DNA of 63,470 nucleotides, the filler included, from Stramenopiles sp. TOSAG23-2 (Eukaryota), in NCBI GenBank assembly GCA_900128395.1. It is 14 parts of 14 records of this genome, joined end to end, with 100 filler letters (N's around TTAATTAATTAA, not from the genome) between each part and the next. Parts side by side here need not be neighbours in the genome. Positions count along the whole stretch, not along the records: positions 5,425 to 10,743 come from LT650691.1; positions 10,844 to 16,156 come from LT650692.1; positions 16,257 to 21,568 come from LT650693.1; positions 21,669 to 26,971 come from LT650694.1; 10 more parts are not named here. One strand, given 5' to 3'. The notes beneath the pieces are model-generated. The model had not been told where the DNA came from and made no database searches. It was given only the letters and a program-made list of their open reading frames with translations. Below, piece after piece: positions 10,459-22,683 of this stretch. The stretch's first letter is position 1; every line of letters begins with the position of its first letter. The position numbers and the translations under genes are program-made.

Positions 10459-11470
10459 TTTTTATATTTCAAACTAAACAAAGCCTTTCTGCTAATCTAT
10501 ATCATGTATATTTTTTTAGACGATAATAACCAAAAGCCTTGTGTGTATTGTTATTATTTTGGTGCTTTGTAATTTGTCTATTAATTTATTATTTTTTCAT
10601 GTTTGCAACTCCAGAGGAACTATTATAATTATATAATATTGCTATATGATGATATATATATAATAAATAAATAATAATAAATAAGCACATCATAATATAA
10701 TAATAAATAATAATAAAATAATAATACTACCTATATATTAAGTNNNNNNNNNNNNNNNNNNNNNNNNNNNNNNNNNNNNNNNNNNNNTTAATTAATTAAN
10801 NNNNNNNNNNNNNNNNNNNNNNNNNNNNNNNNNNNNNNNNNNNAGGAGTGTAGCAAGACGTAGAAGACGAGACACCATTAGTGTGAAGGGACCGAGTATG
10901 GTTTGCCAGTCGTCCAGCAGTCATAATTTGCCAGTTTGCACTTTAAAACTTTGTTGTTTTTGGTACACCTGAACACCAGCACACCAGCCGGGCCAGCACA
11001 CCAGCACACCTGGCTCATCACACCCACTTCACCAATCATAGTCGTGCTATTCCTATGGTACTGTAATTTTTGAGGAGCATTTGAAAAGCACCACACACAG
11101 ACTTTATTGACGACACTTAAATATAGTAAAATTATATACTATAGTATTAATACTATGATACTAGGAAGTTAGCTGAGCTACTCTCTGGCTGACTACTAAA
11201 TATTATAGGAAATCCTGGAAGTATTATAATGGTGCTATAATAATTATTTGGACTTCCAGACTTCCGTATTACCACCTGGTATTAGTATGTTGCTTATTGG
11301 TTTATCAGTTAATTTTTTTCTAAGAAATACTACTATAGCTATAGGTAGTCTGAAAGTAGTATTCACACACACACACCCAAACATATATATACATCAATAA
11401 CCAATTTGGAGATATATTAACATAAATTTAAATTGTACATATAAGTATTTTTCATCACGCATATTTAAAT

Positions 11471-12568
11471 ATGTTGAACAATAGCCGACCGGGTCGAATT
11501 AAAAAAGAGCGGAAAGTCGATCTCCGTTCACAGCGCCAAATAATAGAAGATCGAAAAAAGCTTTTTCAGAAAGTACGCGAACCATTTAGGCAAGAACTAA
11601 TTGAAGTAAGAGAAAATATACTGGATGAATTAGATTGTTCATTTTTAGATATTACAGATAAAGACATGGAGGTATTAAGTTTAGAACTCTGTGAAAATAC
11701 GAAAATAAATAGAATAGATTTACGCTTTAATAAAATTGGAATACGCGGTGTTGAATTGTTGTTTGAAAAGTGTTTAGCTACTAAGAATACAACTTTGCAA
11801 ACATTATTAATGTGGAATAATCGTATAACCTATGATGGTTGCGATCCTATATATAGATGCCTGAAAACAAATACCACATTAATTACATTAGATTTGAGTG
11901 AAAATCGGTTGGGTAATGATGGATTTTTTAAGTTAATAAAAGCTCTTGAAATTAACACAACCTTGAAAAATTTAATTTTATGGAGCAATGGTATAACAAG
12001 TGCTGGCATAGAAATTTTTGTGCGTTTTTTGAAGACTGAATATACAGAGAAAGGCTTTACAAATTTGGATTGTGTTGACTTACAATATAATAATATAGGC
12101 GGAGTAGGGGACAAATTGTTGGCAAATATGGTACATGATACAATTGACATATATAATTCCTTAGTTAAATTGCGTTCAGCGTATCAAGCACCAAAAACAA
12201 ACTTGTCATTGACCTGGAGCTCCGTAAGTTTAGATGAAGGCCTGGAGGATGGTAGTGGTAATGTAGTAGGCACAGGTACGGAGGAAGATATATTAAAAAT
12301 AGATCCTTCACAAATTATTAAAAATAGAGTTCATCCTGGTGTCCAATATCATGGTGAAAGTTTCAAAGCCCATAGATTATTGAATAATGTTAGTTTTACC
12401 ACAGATACAAACAAAGTAATAATTCCGGGTGATAGCGATCCAAACATGATTTATAGAGTGATTATGTCAAAACCGGAGGATAACCATAGATATATACCGA
12501 TCTCATATCATAATCAAACTGGTTCTTATAGTGAAAAGGGAGAGTATTTTTTCAAATATAAAAAATGA
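11471..12568 (+). CDS. RNI-like leucine-rich repeat protein
   Basis: 28-aa repeats of type NTTLxxLxLxxNxIxxxG. Confidence 0.88.
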   Translation: MLNNSRPGRIKKERKVDLRSQRQIIEDRKKLFQKVREPFRQELIEVRENILDELDCSFLDITDKDMEVLSLELCENTKINRIDLRFNKIGIRGVELLFEKCLATKNTTLQTLLMWNNRITYDGCDPIYRCLKTNTTLITLDLSENRLGNDGFFKLIKALEINTTLKNLILWSNGITSAGIEIFVRFLKTEYTEKGFTNLDCVDLQYNNIGGVGDKLLANMVHDTIDIYNSLVKLRSAYQAPKTNLSLTWSSVSLDEGLEDGSGNVVGTGTEEDILKIDPSQIIKNRVHPGVQYHGESFKAHRLLNNVSFTTDTNKVIIPGDSDPNMIYRVIMSKPEDNHRYIPISYHNQTGSYSEKGEYFFKYKK

Positions 12569-12692
12569 AAAGAAAACACATTTTAGAAGACACATATTAA
12601 TTTCATTTTTTAATATTATTTTAAAAAAAATACGAGTCCGTATATCTTGGTTTTTATTTAAAATACACATCATATTCACTCCCTATCTCTCT

Positions 12693-15350
12693 TTACTTCT
12701 TCCGATTATATACATATTTAGGAACATCATCAATTCCATCATCAACTTTCTTGCTACCACCCTTATTTCCTTCGTCTTCTTTCTGTACAAGTGGTGTATT
12801 AGGTAATTGTCTAGGACTTCGAGGGGCTTGAATCTCATCACCACGTGCTGTTGCTAATTTCAATACAGGATTTAATTCTTTCTCCTTTTCACTTAATTCT
12901 TCCAATAAGTCCATGAAATCCAAAATTCCTTTCGAAGCTTCTTCAATGTAACGACTTGGTAATGGGTTGTTCTCAATGGCTAAATTTTCTAATTGTTTTA
13001 AATTTCTTAAACCAAAGGGAATGTCTTTCAGTTGGTTGTTCGATACATTTAACGTCCGTAATAACTTAAATTCCAAAATTAGTTCTGGTAATTTAGCTAA
13101 ACGATTATGGGATATATTGAGTTGTACAATGGATCTAATATGCATTAATTGCGGTGGAAAACTAACTTCGTTTAAATCATTATAACTTACATCTAGTCGA
13201 CGTATACGATACATATTCGCTATTCTATCTGGTAAAGAAGTTAAATGATTCTTAGCCAAAACGATGTCGGTTACTTTGCTATAATATTTTGAGACAAATG
13301 TACGATCTGGCACATTAAATAATCCGCAACGAGACAAATCAATCACATGATTTTTATCCGCAATTAAAAATCGTTCTTCCAACATACTGTTCTCAATATC
13401 TTCCGTATCTACCGTCGATACATACCCATTAACGCGTGCTATAATTTCTGCCTGCACTGCTGGTATACCACTTTCCTTTTGCAAATGACGTAATGCTTTT
13501 AAATTCGGTATAGGATTTGTATGAAATACAAACGTTCTTAATTGCTTTAATCTGGATATTTCAATCGGCAAGTTCATCAATTTATTTTTAGAGACATCAA
13601 GAACCTTTAATTTATCTAATTCTTTAAATGCATGTCCTGGTAACATTTCCAATGCATTCTCTGAAAGATCTAAATACTCTAACGTCGATATTTTCCCTAA
13701 ATGACACTCAAACGGAATTTCCTTGATTCCACAATGTCTACAATCCAACCGTATTAAATTGACAAATTTTTTAATATTCAAAGGCATCGAGGTCAAACGT
13801 CTATTTCGAGCCATTCGTAAAGATTTTACCTCTGGTATAACCATATCGTCACTCAAGTTTCTTAAATTAATATGTTCTAAAGTTAATGCACCTGTTTCTT
13901 TAGCACTTTTAATGCGATAATCAATGATTTTCCTACGTGTATCAACGATAGTTCCCACCATACCAAATTCTCCTCTTGAAAGTAAAAGTTCATTTTTAAA
14001 CACATCCTCCTCCGTTTCTAACTCACCATATGGTTTTGTTCCTAATATATTTGCTTCATGTATTGATGTAGATATTGCTTCTAAAAATGCCAATAATACA
14101 GGTAATCCACCATTATATTTATCAACCAATACAGGAAAAAGTGGATTTCCATTTAAATTTAATCGTTGTAATGTTTTTAATTTCCCTAAACTATAGGGTA
14201 AGGACTTTAGCTTATTCTGATTGGCACTTAAGACTTGAATATTTCGTAAATTACCAATGGCAGGTGGCAAATATCTAATTCTGTTCTGTGAAACATCTAA
14301 TGCCTTTAAATTTTGCATGGATGAGATAGAATCTGGCAATGATTCTAAAAGATTGCAGCTGAGTGATAAATGTTCTAATAAAGGCAAATATGCCATTTCT
14401 GCTGGAAGGATGGTTAACTGATTGCGATTCAAACTCAGCACTTTAATTCCTCTCATATAATGTGTAAATTCTCCATCACCTGGAAAATATTTCAAGCCAC
14501 ATGCTGTTAAATGTAAAATTCCTGTAATATGTGCATGTCGAATTCTATCCCTTAGTGAATGTTTTGGAATTTCTTTTCGTGGTACAGCAGCCAATTTTCC
14601 TAATAATGTTCTTGCTGCAGCTTTTCCACCATCATTATCTTCATCATCTGGATCAGGAGTTGGCGTCTTTTTAAATTTTTGAGGCATTGGATCTACATTT
14701 GAATCTGTACTTTTCCTTGGTCCTGGGAAAATACTTTGAAATTCCTCAAAGGATAAACTATGTTTAGACATTTCTTTTTCTTTTGAATCTGATATATTAT
14801 TTAATTCTTCTTTTTCCATTTGTAAGGCAACAAATATGTCACGATATGTTTCAAACCTATCTCTTGATGACCATTGCGCACAATCATCCAAAGTGCGTAA
14901 GAGTCCGGTGCTATATTGAACAGCTTCTAAAACTGCATCTAATGTTACACGACTATTATTTTCACTCTTTAAATTGGTATACTCAGCAAGCAATCGATCT
15001 GTATATTCTATTCTTAATGCAGGATCTGGTGTTATAGAAGCTGCAGCAATTTTTTTTCTGGCAGTTTGATTTGGCATATGAAAAGTCGTTTTTTTAATAG
15101 GGGATTCAGTATCTTTCGCAGTGATAATAGTATCGTTGTCATTTAAAGTTTCATCTATTTTAGATGATAATTCTTGCTGAGTTTTCTCAGTTATATTATT
15201 TTCCTCCTGTTGTACATTTGTTTTTCCTTCAATTTTTCCTTCTTGGTCCAAATCCTTTTCGTCTTTAATTTCATCTAATTTTAATGACGGTATAATTGGT
15301 TTTGTAATATTCGTCTCCTTCTCTTCTACTTTTGGTGGTGCAAATGACAT
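12693..15350 (-). CDS. Leucine-rich repeat protein with three LRR blocks
   Basis: Many LxxLxLSxNxLxxLP repeats in three clusters, each capped by an NP(L/I) motif. Confidence 0.92.
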   Translation of the reverse strand: MSFAPPKVEEKETNITKPIIPSLKLDEIKDEKDLDQEGKIEGKTNVQQEENNITEKTQQELSSKIDETLNDNDTIITAKDTESPIKKTTFHMPNQTARKKIAAASITPDPALRIEYTDRLLAEYTNLKSENNSRVTLDAVLEAVQYSTGLLRTLDDCAQWSSRDRFETYRDIFVALQMEKEELNNISDSKEKEMSKHSLSFEEFQSIFPGPRKSTDSNVDPMPQKFKKTPTPDPDDEDNDGGKAAARTLLGKLAAVPRKEIPKHSLRDRIRHAHITGILHLTACGLKYFPGDGEFTHYMRGIKVLSLNRNQLTILPAEMAYLPLLEHLSLSCNLLESLPDSISSMQNLKALDVSQNRIRYLPPAIGNLRNIQVLSANQNKLKSLPYSLGKLKTLQRLNLNGNPLFPVLVDKYNGGLPVLLAFLEAISTSIHEANILGTKPYGELETEEDVFKNELLLSRGEFGMVGTIVDTRRKIIDYRIKSAKETGALTLEHINLRNLSDDMVIPEVKSLRMARNRRLTSMPLNIKKFVNLIRLDCRHCGIKEIPFECHLGKISTLEYLDLSENALEMLPGHAFKELDKLKVLDVSKNKLMNLPIEISRLKQLRTFVFHTNPIPNLKALRHLQKESGIPAVQAEIIARVNGYVSTVDTEDIENSMLEERFLIADKNHVIDLSRCGLFNVPDRTFVSKYYSKVTDIVLAKNHLTSLPDRIANMYRIRRLDVSYNDLNEVSFPPQLMHIRSIVQLNISHNRLAKLPELILEFKLLRTLNVSNNQLKDIPFGLRNLKQLENLAIENNPLPSRYIEEASKGILDFMDLLEELSEKEKELNPVLKLATARGDEIQAPRSPRQLPNTPLVQKEDEGNKGGSKKVDDGIDDVPKYVYNRKK

Positions 15351-16028
15351 TTTTGTTTGTATCCATGAATTGTTACGTTTCGGTATTATCGTCTATTCTA
15401 TATACTGTATATTATCGTACGTATGTATGAAAACGGAATGTTTCAAATGTACATTCTTTTTTTTCTTTTTCAAAAGAAGAATTAATTAATAACTGCCGGT
15501 TCGTCCATTTTCGTTATCATGACATTACACACAACACTACTGGCAAGTACATAAACAGGACACAAAGGTCAAATAAGGTATTTCCAAAGTACATATTTAA
15601 GGATATGTATTGCCTTATATGCACGTATGCACCATATAATACTTAGGTATGTATATGTACCTTAAAGTAGAAAGAATTTCTTATCAATTTGTTGTTCGAA
15701 AAAAATAATAATACAACATGAAGTATTTTTGTATTTTTTTATTATTGCACTACTACTACTATATTATACTGTATATTCTAAAACTATAATATATAATATT
15801 CAAAAATAAAATGTAAAAAATAATATTGAATAGTTGATGGTTGTGAAGGATGATAAAGAAAAGAAAACTTAGTAGATTATTACCAATCGAACATTTATGC
15901 AGTACGGATAACCAGAAAAATTTAATCGAATCATTTGCTTTGTACATACATAATCAATACAAGAAGTATAGATACCTATTCATATCTTGTATTAGTTATC
16001 ATCTTCTATATATATAAACAACATAACT

Positions 16029-16156
16029 ATGACGTCTTTAGTATCAAATTTAACTTTAAATAAAGATGCTAATGCAGAAAATCATAATTCCTCTATATTT
16101 TATAAATGTGGAGATACAAATAATGTAAAAGTAACGGATGGTGATAACAAAAAAAA
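16029..16156 (+). CDS. Possible N-terminus of a gene truncated by the contig end
   Basis: ATG ACG TCT TTA... open to the contig end (MTSLVSNLTLNKDANAENHN...); no homology recognised. Confidence 0.3.
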
Positions 16157-16256
16157 NNNNNNNNNNNNNNNNNNNNNNNNNNNNNNNNNNNNNNNNNNNN
16201 TTAATTAATTAANNNNNNNNNNNNNNNNNNNNNNNNNNNNNNNNNNNNNNNNNNNN

Positions 16257-16324
16257 CGACTTGTACCATGGAAAGGATGGGATGAATGGATGCATGTATA
16301 TCGTAATTTATTTAATGAAATGGT

Positions 16325-16356
<32 letters not shown>

Positions 16357-18152
16357 TTTGGGCAACAAAAATTAGATCAAGCCTAGGGACTATAAATATG
16401 TGGCGGACACGTTGTAAAGTACCATTGTATGTGGATTGCACTGCATACATATTTAAAAGTTTATTGGATCATCGAATGAATACGAGTAGTAAATCACCTA
16501 ATGTATATCGTCTATCGTATTCCATGTCGATTGTGCGCCTTGTGAATGGAGTTGTGGAGAAGGAACAACGAGGCCAATATGCACAGGCTGTTTCTGGAAT
16601 TGCTGAACGCATCGGCTTGCCGCGTTCATTGGTCGATCTTAGACACGAAGCAACGCACGGCGATCTTCCTTCCCTCACTCGATTAAATGCTGCTGCAATA
16701 ATGGCATTAGAATGGCTGCATAATCGATACTGGAGAATCCAAGCAGACCACCTTGAACGTGTCGATTTGAACATTCGTAATTTTTTAGACGCATATCAGC
16801 TGGCACTTCAAGATGAGAATGGGGAAGAAAACATGATAGAATTGATAAATAATGTTAACCAATATATTGCATCTAATCAAGTACGATCTAATTTAATTCC
16901 ATTATTAGTTGGTAAAACAGAATTTGATGTCAATGATAAAAATAATAAAATCAATACCGTCCAAGGTACTGTTGTAAAACCATTTCAAGTGTTAAATAAA
17001 AAAATTAGAAAAAACAAAAACAAATATGGGCCTAAAACGAAACAGGAAGAATTTGATGGGAAACAAAATTTTGATGTAACTAGTCGAATGTGGCTCCCAT
17101 TGATACGTAAATTCCAATTAATATGGCCTCATTTTAGCACTTGCTTTTTCTTTCAATTGGTATCTCGTCTTTGTATTTTAAATGGAAAAAAGCAAATTAT
17201 ATTGAATAATAATTCACAACAAAGCGGAGTACTTTCATCATTATCATCCTCAAATACAGTCGATGATGGCAATAATAATAATAATAATAATAATATTGAA
17301 ATATTTTTAATGGGTTGGATACGTATATTATTAAGTGATAAATGGCATGAACAATGTGAAAAAGATTATGCTCCATCAGGATCAAGCAGAAGTCCACGTA
17401 ATAGTCCTCCACCAACAAGAGGTAATGATGCTGAGGAAGTTGAAAAACGCAAAGGATCACAAGGACGGAAAGATTGGGCATTGCCTGCTGCAAAAATGTG
17501 TGTTATATATCCTGGATCCATGACAACTACATTGTTGAATGAGTTGGTGAAATTCAATAAAGAACCAATAGAGCAATTATTAAAAGTCCATAATATTGTA
17601 AACAAACATGTGATAACAGATTTTGGAAGTGGAGCTGAAGTATTGCCATTAAATAGTAAAAATTCCGTAGGTTCGAATAACAAGAAAAAGCGTAAAAAGC
17701 CAACTCACACAGTTGGTAGATTGCCTAGCTTGAATGATATGGAAGCCTTTCTTGAAGAACGAAAAAATAATAGTTTAAAAAAGAAAAAAGTTGCTATGGA
17801 TGATGATAATAATACTATTCATGATTATAATAATTTGACATGGAGAAAATGCAAAAGTTGGATACCATGTGCTGTTGGTAGTACATTTGATAGGTTTGCA
17901 ACAGCTACTTCACGACAAGTTCCATCGAATGTAAATATTGTTAATATATCATTTGATGATTTGATTAATGGTAATATGAAATCAAAGATGAATGAAAGAT
18001 CAAGTAGTATGTGTAGTAATAATAATCAAGAAGCAGACGGAGGTACAAAGAAAGTGGCAGATGTAGATATAGAAGAGGATGAGGATTATACAACAGATAA
18101 TACTGATAGTATGGTTCAAAATTTAGCAAATCAAATTGTATTGTTTACGTAG
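16257..18152 (+). CDS. LAS1: Las1 pre-rRNA ITS2 endoribonuclease (HEPN); 5'-partial
   Basis: VPWKGWDEW start, YSMSIVRLVNG, and LVDLRHEATHGDLPSL carrying the HEPN RxxxxH motif; C-terminal W...W.PCAVG motif. Confidence 0.92.
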
Positions 18153-18564
18153 AAAAAAGAATAAAAAATATGTGTGGTACTCGTAGCAGAGATATAGAAG
18201 TATGTGGGTGTGTGGTGTACATAAAATGTGTGTTGGTTACAAAATGTAAAACAAATTTTTTTATTTTACGCGAAACATGTGTGTGTGTTACTTTTTCAAA
18301 AAATAATTCTCATTTTTTTTATATTTCTCGATAATACTGATAGTATGGTTCAAAATTTAGCAAATCAAATTGTATTGTTTACGTAGAAAAAAGAATAAAA
18401 AATATGTGTGGTACTCGTAGCAGAGATATAGAAGTATGTGGGTGTGTGGTGTACATAAAATGTGTGTTGGTTACAAAATGTAAAACAAATTTTTTTATTT
18501 TACGCGAAACATGTGTGTGTGTTACTTTTTCAAAAAATAATTCTCATTTTTTTTATATTTCTCG
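18097..18564. repeat. Exact tandem duplication, 2 x 234 bp (LAS1 3' end and 3' flank)
   Basis: 18097-18330 is repeated at 18331-18564 with no difference seen. Confidence 0.95.
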
Positions 18565-18614
18565 CTCTCTCACATTAACATCTTGATGTATACATCTCTC
18601 GTCACATACAATTT

Positions 18615-19211
18615 TTATCTTAACAATACCGATGGTTTCTTTTCTCTTATTTGTTCAAATGCTTCTTTTGTTGAATATGGTGTACGTGTAACAGGATCTC
18701 GATAAATGGCAGGCATACCTGTGACAGGACAAAAACGTCTACGTGGTTTTTTTGGTTCTTTTGTATTTGCATTTGTATATGCTCTTCGAAATTGTTCATC
18801 TGATAATAATAATTCAAATGGAATTTTCTTTGGTACTTTTTTCTTTGCAGTGGCATTCTTTTTCCCTTTTCCTTTCCCTTTCCCAGGATTTCTATTACGT
18901 GTGCCACGTCTCCTTTTTTGTGGCGGTTCCTCCTCTTCTTCACTAAAATCACTATCATCTTCATCCTTATCTTCCTTTGCATTATCTAGTTCCAACGCAT
19001 TCATTCGTTCATCTTCAATACTACGTCGTTCCTCTGCATTCATATTTAATAAAGCTTTTGAGATCTTTCTAACTCTAGACGATTGCCTTTTCTCTACTAC
19101 ACCTCTCGTCGTACGCTTGAATTTTTGCGCATATTTATTCACAACTTTAATACCATATGTATCTTTCATCACTGCATTCCATTCATGTCTACCTTTTGTA
19201 TGTGATGCCAT
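18615..19211 (-). CDS. SWR1-complex Swc6/ZNHIT1-like protein with YL1_C-type C-terminus
   Basis: RQSSRVRK...RMNALELDN, acidic then basic linker, F.LLL...Y..A...PRRRFC resemble Swc6/Vps71; C-terminus CPVTGMPAIYRDPVTRTPYSTKEAFEQIRE is YL1_C-like; first ATG at 19211. Confidence 0.75.
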   Translation of the reverse strand: MASHTKGRHEWNAVMKDTYGIKVVNKYAQKFKRTTRGVVEKRQSSRVRKISKALLNMNAEERRSIEDERMNALELDNAKEDKDEDDSDFSEEEEEPPQKRRRGTRNRNPGKGKGKGKKNATAKKKVPKKIPFELLLSDEQFRRAYTNANTKEPKKPRRRFCPVTGMPAIYRDPVTRTPYSTKEAFEQIREKKPSVLLR

Positions 19212-20027
19212 TGTTAATTTTCTTTGTTGTATATATATACGTGGTATATATGACGATAATACAGACAATAAATAATCGATATAATAAAAATGGGGTTAAT
19301 TATATTTAAAATGATTATATTTTGCTTGGGTATACTATAAATCTTGAAAAAACGAAACAAAGAAACAAGAAAAATTGAAAAGGAATACAATTAATGTATC
19401 TACTTCTTTTAAGAATCTTATCAAACAAAAGAAATAACAACGAACGAAATATAAAATAAATACTTTGCATGATATCATATTTCTCTACTGTGGGAGAGGA
19501 CGATTATCTTTTATTTTTTTGTATGGAATTTAGAATATTTTGTTGTTGATTCATTTTTTTAATCATCATTTTCACGGTCACATCGGTTAGTACTACCAAA
19601 TAAAATAGGAATACTAGTATTAATATACAAATATATATACTTAATATATTTTTAAAAAAAGTGTACTAAGAATAAAAATACCTGCTATTTGAAGGATGTG
19701 AGTCAGTGCGTTTAATATGTAAAAACAGTGCTATTCAATGCTATTTTTATATTTATACTTGATAGACTAGGAAAGTATGAAATGAGGTTAAAAATCAATT
19801 AATCATTTTTTTTGCGGAAATAACAATATTATTATATTGGCACATCATTGATCGATCATCATTTTGCACTTTAGCACTTTTCAACATTTTTTTAACATTT
19901 TTTTGAATGAATTATTATAAAAAGAGATACTGATGACGTGTGATGACGTATAGATAGTCGTCGTCTAGAAACAGAAAGAAAGAAAAAGATAGCATACAAT
20001 TATTATCAAAACAAAAAAGAGATAAAA

Positions 20028-21239
20028 ATGGCATCGTTAGTTACTAATGATACAACAACAACAACAGCAGCAACGAGAAGAAGAACAACAGCGGCAACTG
20101 AAACATCCGAGCAAATGACCGATAATGAACTTTCACATTTTGAAGATTTACCTGGTATATTACAAATATGTATTGGTACTGCTACAAAACCAGGTCTCAT
20201 AGCATATTTTGATGATGATATACTTGCAATGATAAATATGTTTGCGAAAACATGTAAAAAATTTCTTGAATATGATCCCTTGCGTTGTTATTATTTTAGA
20301 GTTGTATTAGCAAAAAAATATGGAGTCAATTTTGATGGCAGTAGAATAACTTTGGACGGAAAGAACATCAACGATGAGGATTTACGAAATATAGGTGAAG
20401 CATTGAAAGCAAACAATACATTGACATACTTGTCCCTACGTAATAATAATATTATTGATGTACAAAGTATTGGTGAATTGTTAAAAACAAACAATACATT
20501 AGAGACATTGCGCCTATATAATAATAATATTACTGATGTACAAAGTATTGGTGATGCATTAAAAACAAACAAGACATTAACGAAATTGTGGCTAAATAAT
20601 AATAATATTACTAATGTACAAAGTATTGGTGAAGCATTAAAAATAAACAATAGATTAAAGTTCTTGGGTCTACGTAATAATAATATTACTGATGTACAAA
20701 GTATTGGTGAAGGATTAAAAACAAACAATACATTAAATTGGTTGGAACTAGAGAATAATCAACTTAGTGATAATATGAAATCACAATTAAAAGCTATACA
20801 ACAATATAAAAGAGATGGATCAAACGGGTATCAACAAGTCAAAAAGATGCAGATATATGTATATTATGCCAACCAAAAAGCAGAACAAGATGCGTATATG
20901 AATGTAATGGGAAAAAAAGAGGAGAGTGAAAGAAAACGGAAGGAAGAGAAGAGAAAAAAGAAAAAAGTTCCAAATAGGATTCGCAACCACTATAACCTAC
21001 ATGATACAAAGTGGATTCCAGAATTAGATGGTTATGGGGGTTATGGAATGCGGCTGAAAAGGAAGAGAGAGGACAAAATGAGAAAAATTAGAGAAAAGAT
21101 GGCAAAAAAAGAGGCAGAAAGAAAACGGAAAGAAGAGAAGAGAGAGGACAAAAGGAGACAAATTAAAGAATGGAAGATGAGAAAGAAGAGAAAGAAGCAA
21201 AAACCGCCAGATAGAAAAGAGTTGCGTAGATGGAAGTAA
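20028..21239 (+). CDS. RNI/NLRC3-like LRR protein with basic C-terminal tail
   Basis: Near-identical 84-bp/28-aa repeats (LxNNNITDVQSIGEALKTNNTL) at about 20390-20760. Confidence 0.85.
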   Translation: MASLVTNDTTTTTAATRRRTTAATETSEQMTDNELSHFEDLPGILQICIGTATKPGLIAYFDDDILAMINMFAKTCKKFLEYDPLRCYYFRVVLAKKYGVNFDGSRITLDGKNINDEDLRNIGEALKANNTLTYLSLRNNNIIDVQSIGELLKTNNTLETLRLYNNNITDVQSIGDALKTNKTLTKLWLNNNNITNVQSIGEALKINNRLKFLGLRNNNITDVQSIGEGLKTNNTLNWLELENNQLSDNMKSQLKAIQQYKRDGSNGYQQVKKMQIYVYYANQKAEQDAYMNVMGKKEESERKRKEEKRKKKKVPNRIRNHYNLHDTKWIPELDGYGGYGMRLKRKREDKMRKIREKMAKKEAERKRKEEKREDKRRQIKEWKMRKKRKKQKPPDRKELRRWK

Positions 21240-21419
21240 TATACGAGAGACGAGAGTATATTTTATTTCAAAAAATAAAATTATTCGTAGAGAATACGTA
21301 CCAGATAAAGGTAAATAGATTGGGTATATCAAATTATTAAGAATCGTATGTTCATATTAAATATCAAAGAGATATATCGATATATTTACATTAAAATCTT
21401 TAATTCCTTCTCCCTCATC

Positions 21420-21568
21420 TCATGTACTTAACACTCGTTTTGTTGTTGTTCGAGGTGCAAGGCCACGTGGATTTTCGTCCTCCTCATTGTCATCATCTTC
21501 CTCATCCACTGTCTCATAATCTCCATCACTTGTTACAGGAGAAGGCGAATCGCTACTAATATTGCCAT
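21420..21568 (-). CDS. 3' end of a gene truncated by the contig end (acidic tail)
   Basis: Open frame GNISSDSPSPVTSDGDYETVDEEDDDNEEDENPRGLAPRTTTKRVLST then TGA. Confidence 0.5.
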
Positions 21569-21986
21569 NNNNNNNNNNNNNNNNNNNNNNNNNNNNNNNN
21601 NNNNNNNNNNNNTTAATTAATTAANNNNNNNNNNNNNNNNNNNNNNNNNNNNNNNNNNNNNNNNNNNNATATTTTATTTTTTCACTGAAAAACGCCCCTC
21701 CCAGAATTATATACTACAAACTCCTTAAAATCCTAAAAACCTGTAGGAAGGCTATCAAATGTTGAATAATTGTACTATTTTCACTACTTTTCGTATACTA
21801 ATGTCAAAATGTGCTCTCGAACCGATTTTGGAATTCTGACAACCAAAAATTGTCGCTTATATTTTCTTGTACAATACAAATATTATACTAAATTACTTCC
21901 TATCAAAGCTTCCTCTTTCGCTAAGAATATTTCGATAGGTTAATAACTATTATAGTTAAATTAACAATTTACACTCCTATCCCGTC

Positions 21987-22683
21987 ATGCTAGCCTCAGA
22001 AAAAAAAAGATACGACGAGCTGAGGCTCAGACTCAATGGTAATCCTATGCTAAATGTGGAGGAATTTAAAGAGCTACGATACCTCGGGCTGAGGCTCAGA
22101 CTCTACAGTAATTCTATGCTAAATGTGGAGGAATATTCAGAATTTCTTCAACTTCACACACAATTTCAAGATTCAAAAAAAGATACGTATATATGCACAA
22201 CCAACCGTTTCAACTGAACAAAGTAACCAACGAGACGTTGAAAAGAACGTTGTAAATGATAACGTTGAAAGCAACGTTGAACCAGAAATAATAGTAGAAA
22301 AGAACGTTGACAATGCAGATAATACTATTATCAACGCAGAAAGTATTATCAACGCAGAAAGCAACGATAATGATATTATTCATTACAAATCTTATTCAGA
22401 AACAAACGAAACGAATAAAAGACAAACGAAATACAACTTGACAAACAAACCAATTGATTTAATCATTAGCAAAACAGCAATGTTGTTTATTACAAACTTT
22501 AAAAGTACGAACGAAGTGAAACAAGCTTCAAATAAAACAGGTTCTACTGCGGTAGAAACCATTGTTACGGAGGATGCCGTTGGATGTGTATTCGAGTCAA
22601 AAGATTTTGGTGGTATTCAGATTATATGTGACTACGGCTTCATGTCGGCGACCGGCGATTGTGTGAATGATGCTTTTTTCTGA
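21987..22683 (+). pseudogene. Orphan ORF pair (21987-22217 and 22123-22683), probably one frameshifted gene
   Basis: Two overlapping frames that could join at the A-run near 22175-22181; contains a 69-bp internal repeat and short Asn-rich repeats. Confidence 0.35.

Noticed and set aside
16257-18152. HEPN nuclease as a defence or toxin system
   Set aside because: Motifs match the housekeeping rRNA-processing nuclease Las1
18097-18564. Exact tandem duplications (also 38593-38842, 39787-39988, 41468-41656) as a biological amplification system
   Set aside because: Copies are identical with arbitrary breakpoints in an assembly showing chimera signatures; probably amplification or assembly artefacts unless reads confirm them
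18706-19275. Long antisense/alternative-frame ORFs (also 44912-45499, 50297-50812, 28983-29465, 39109-39495 and most ORFs under 120 aa)
   Set aside because: Shadows of real genes or low-complexity AT-rich sequence, with no independent motifs
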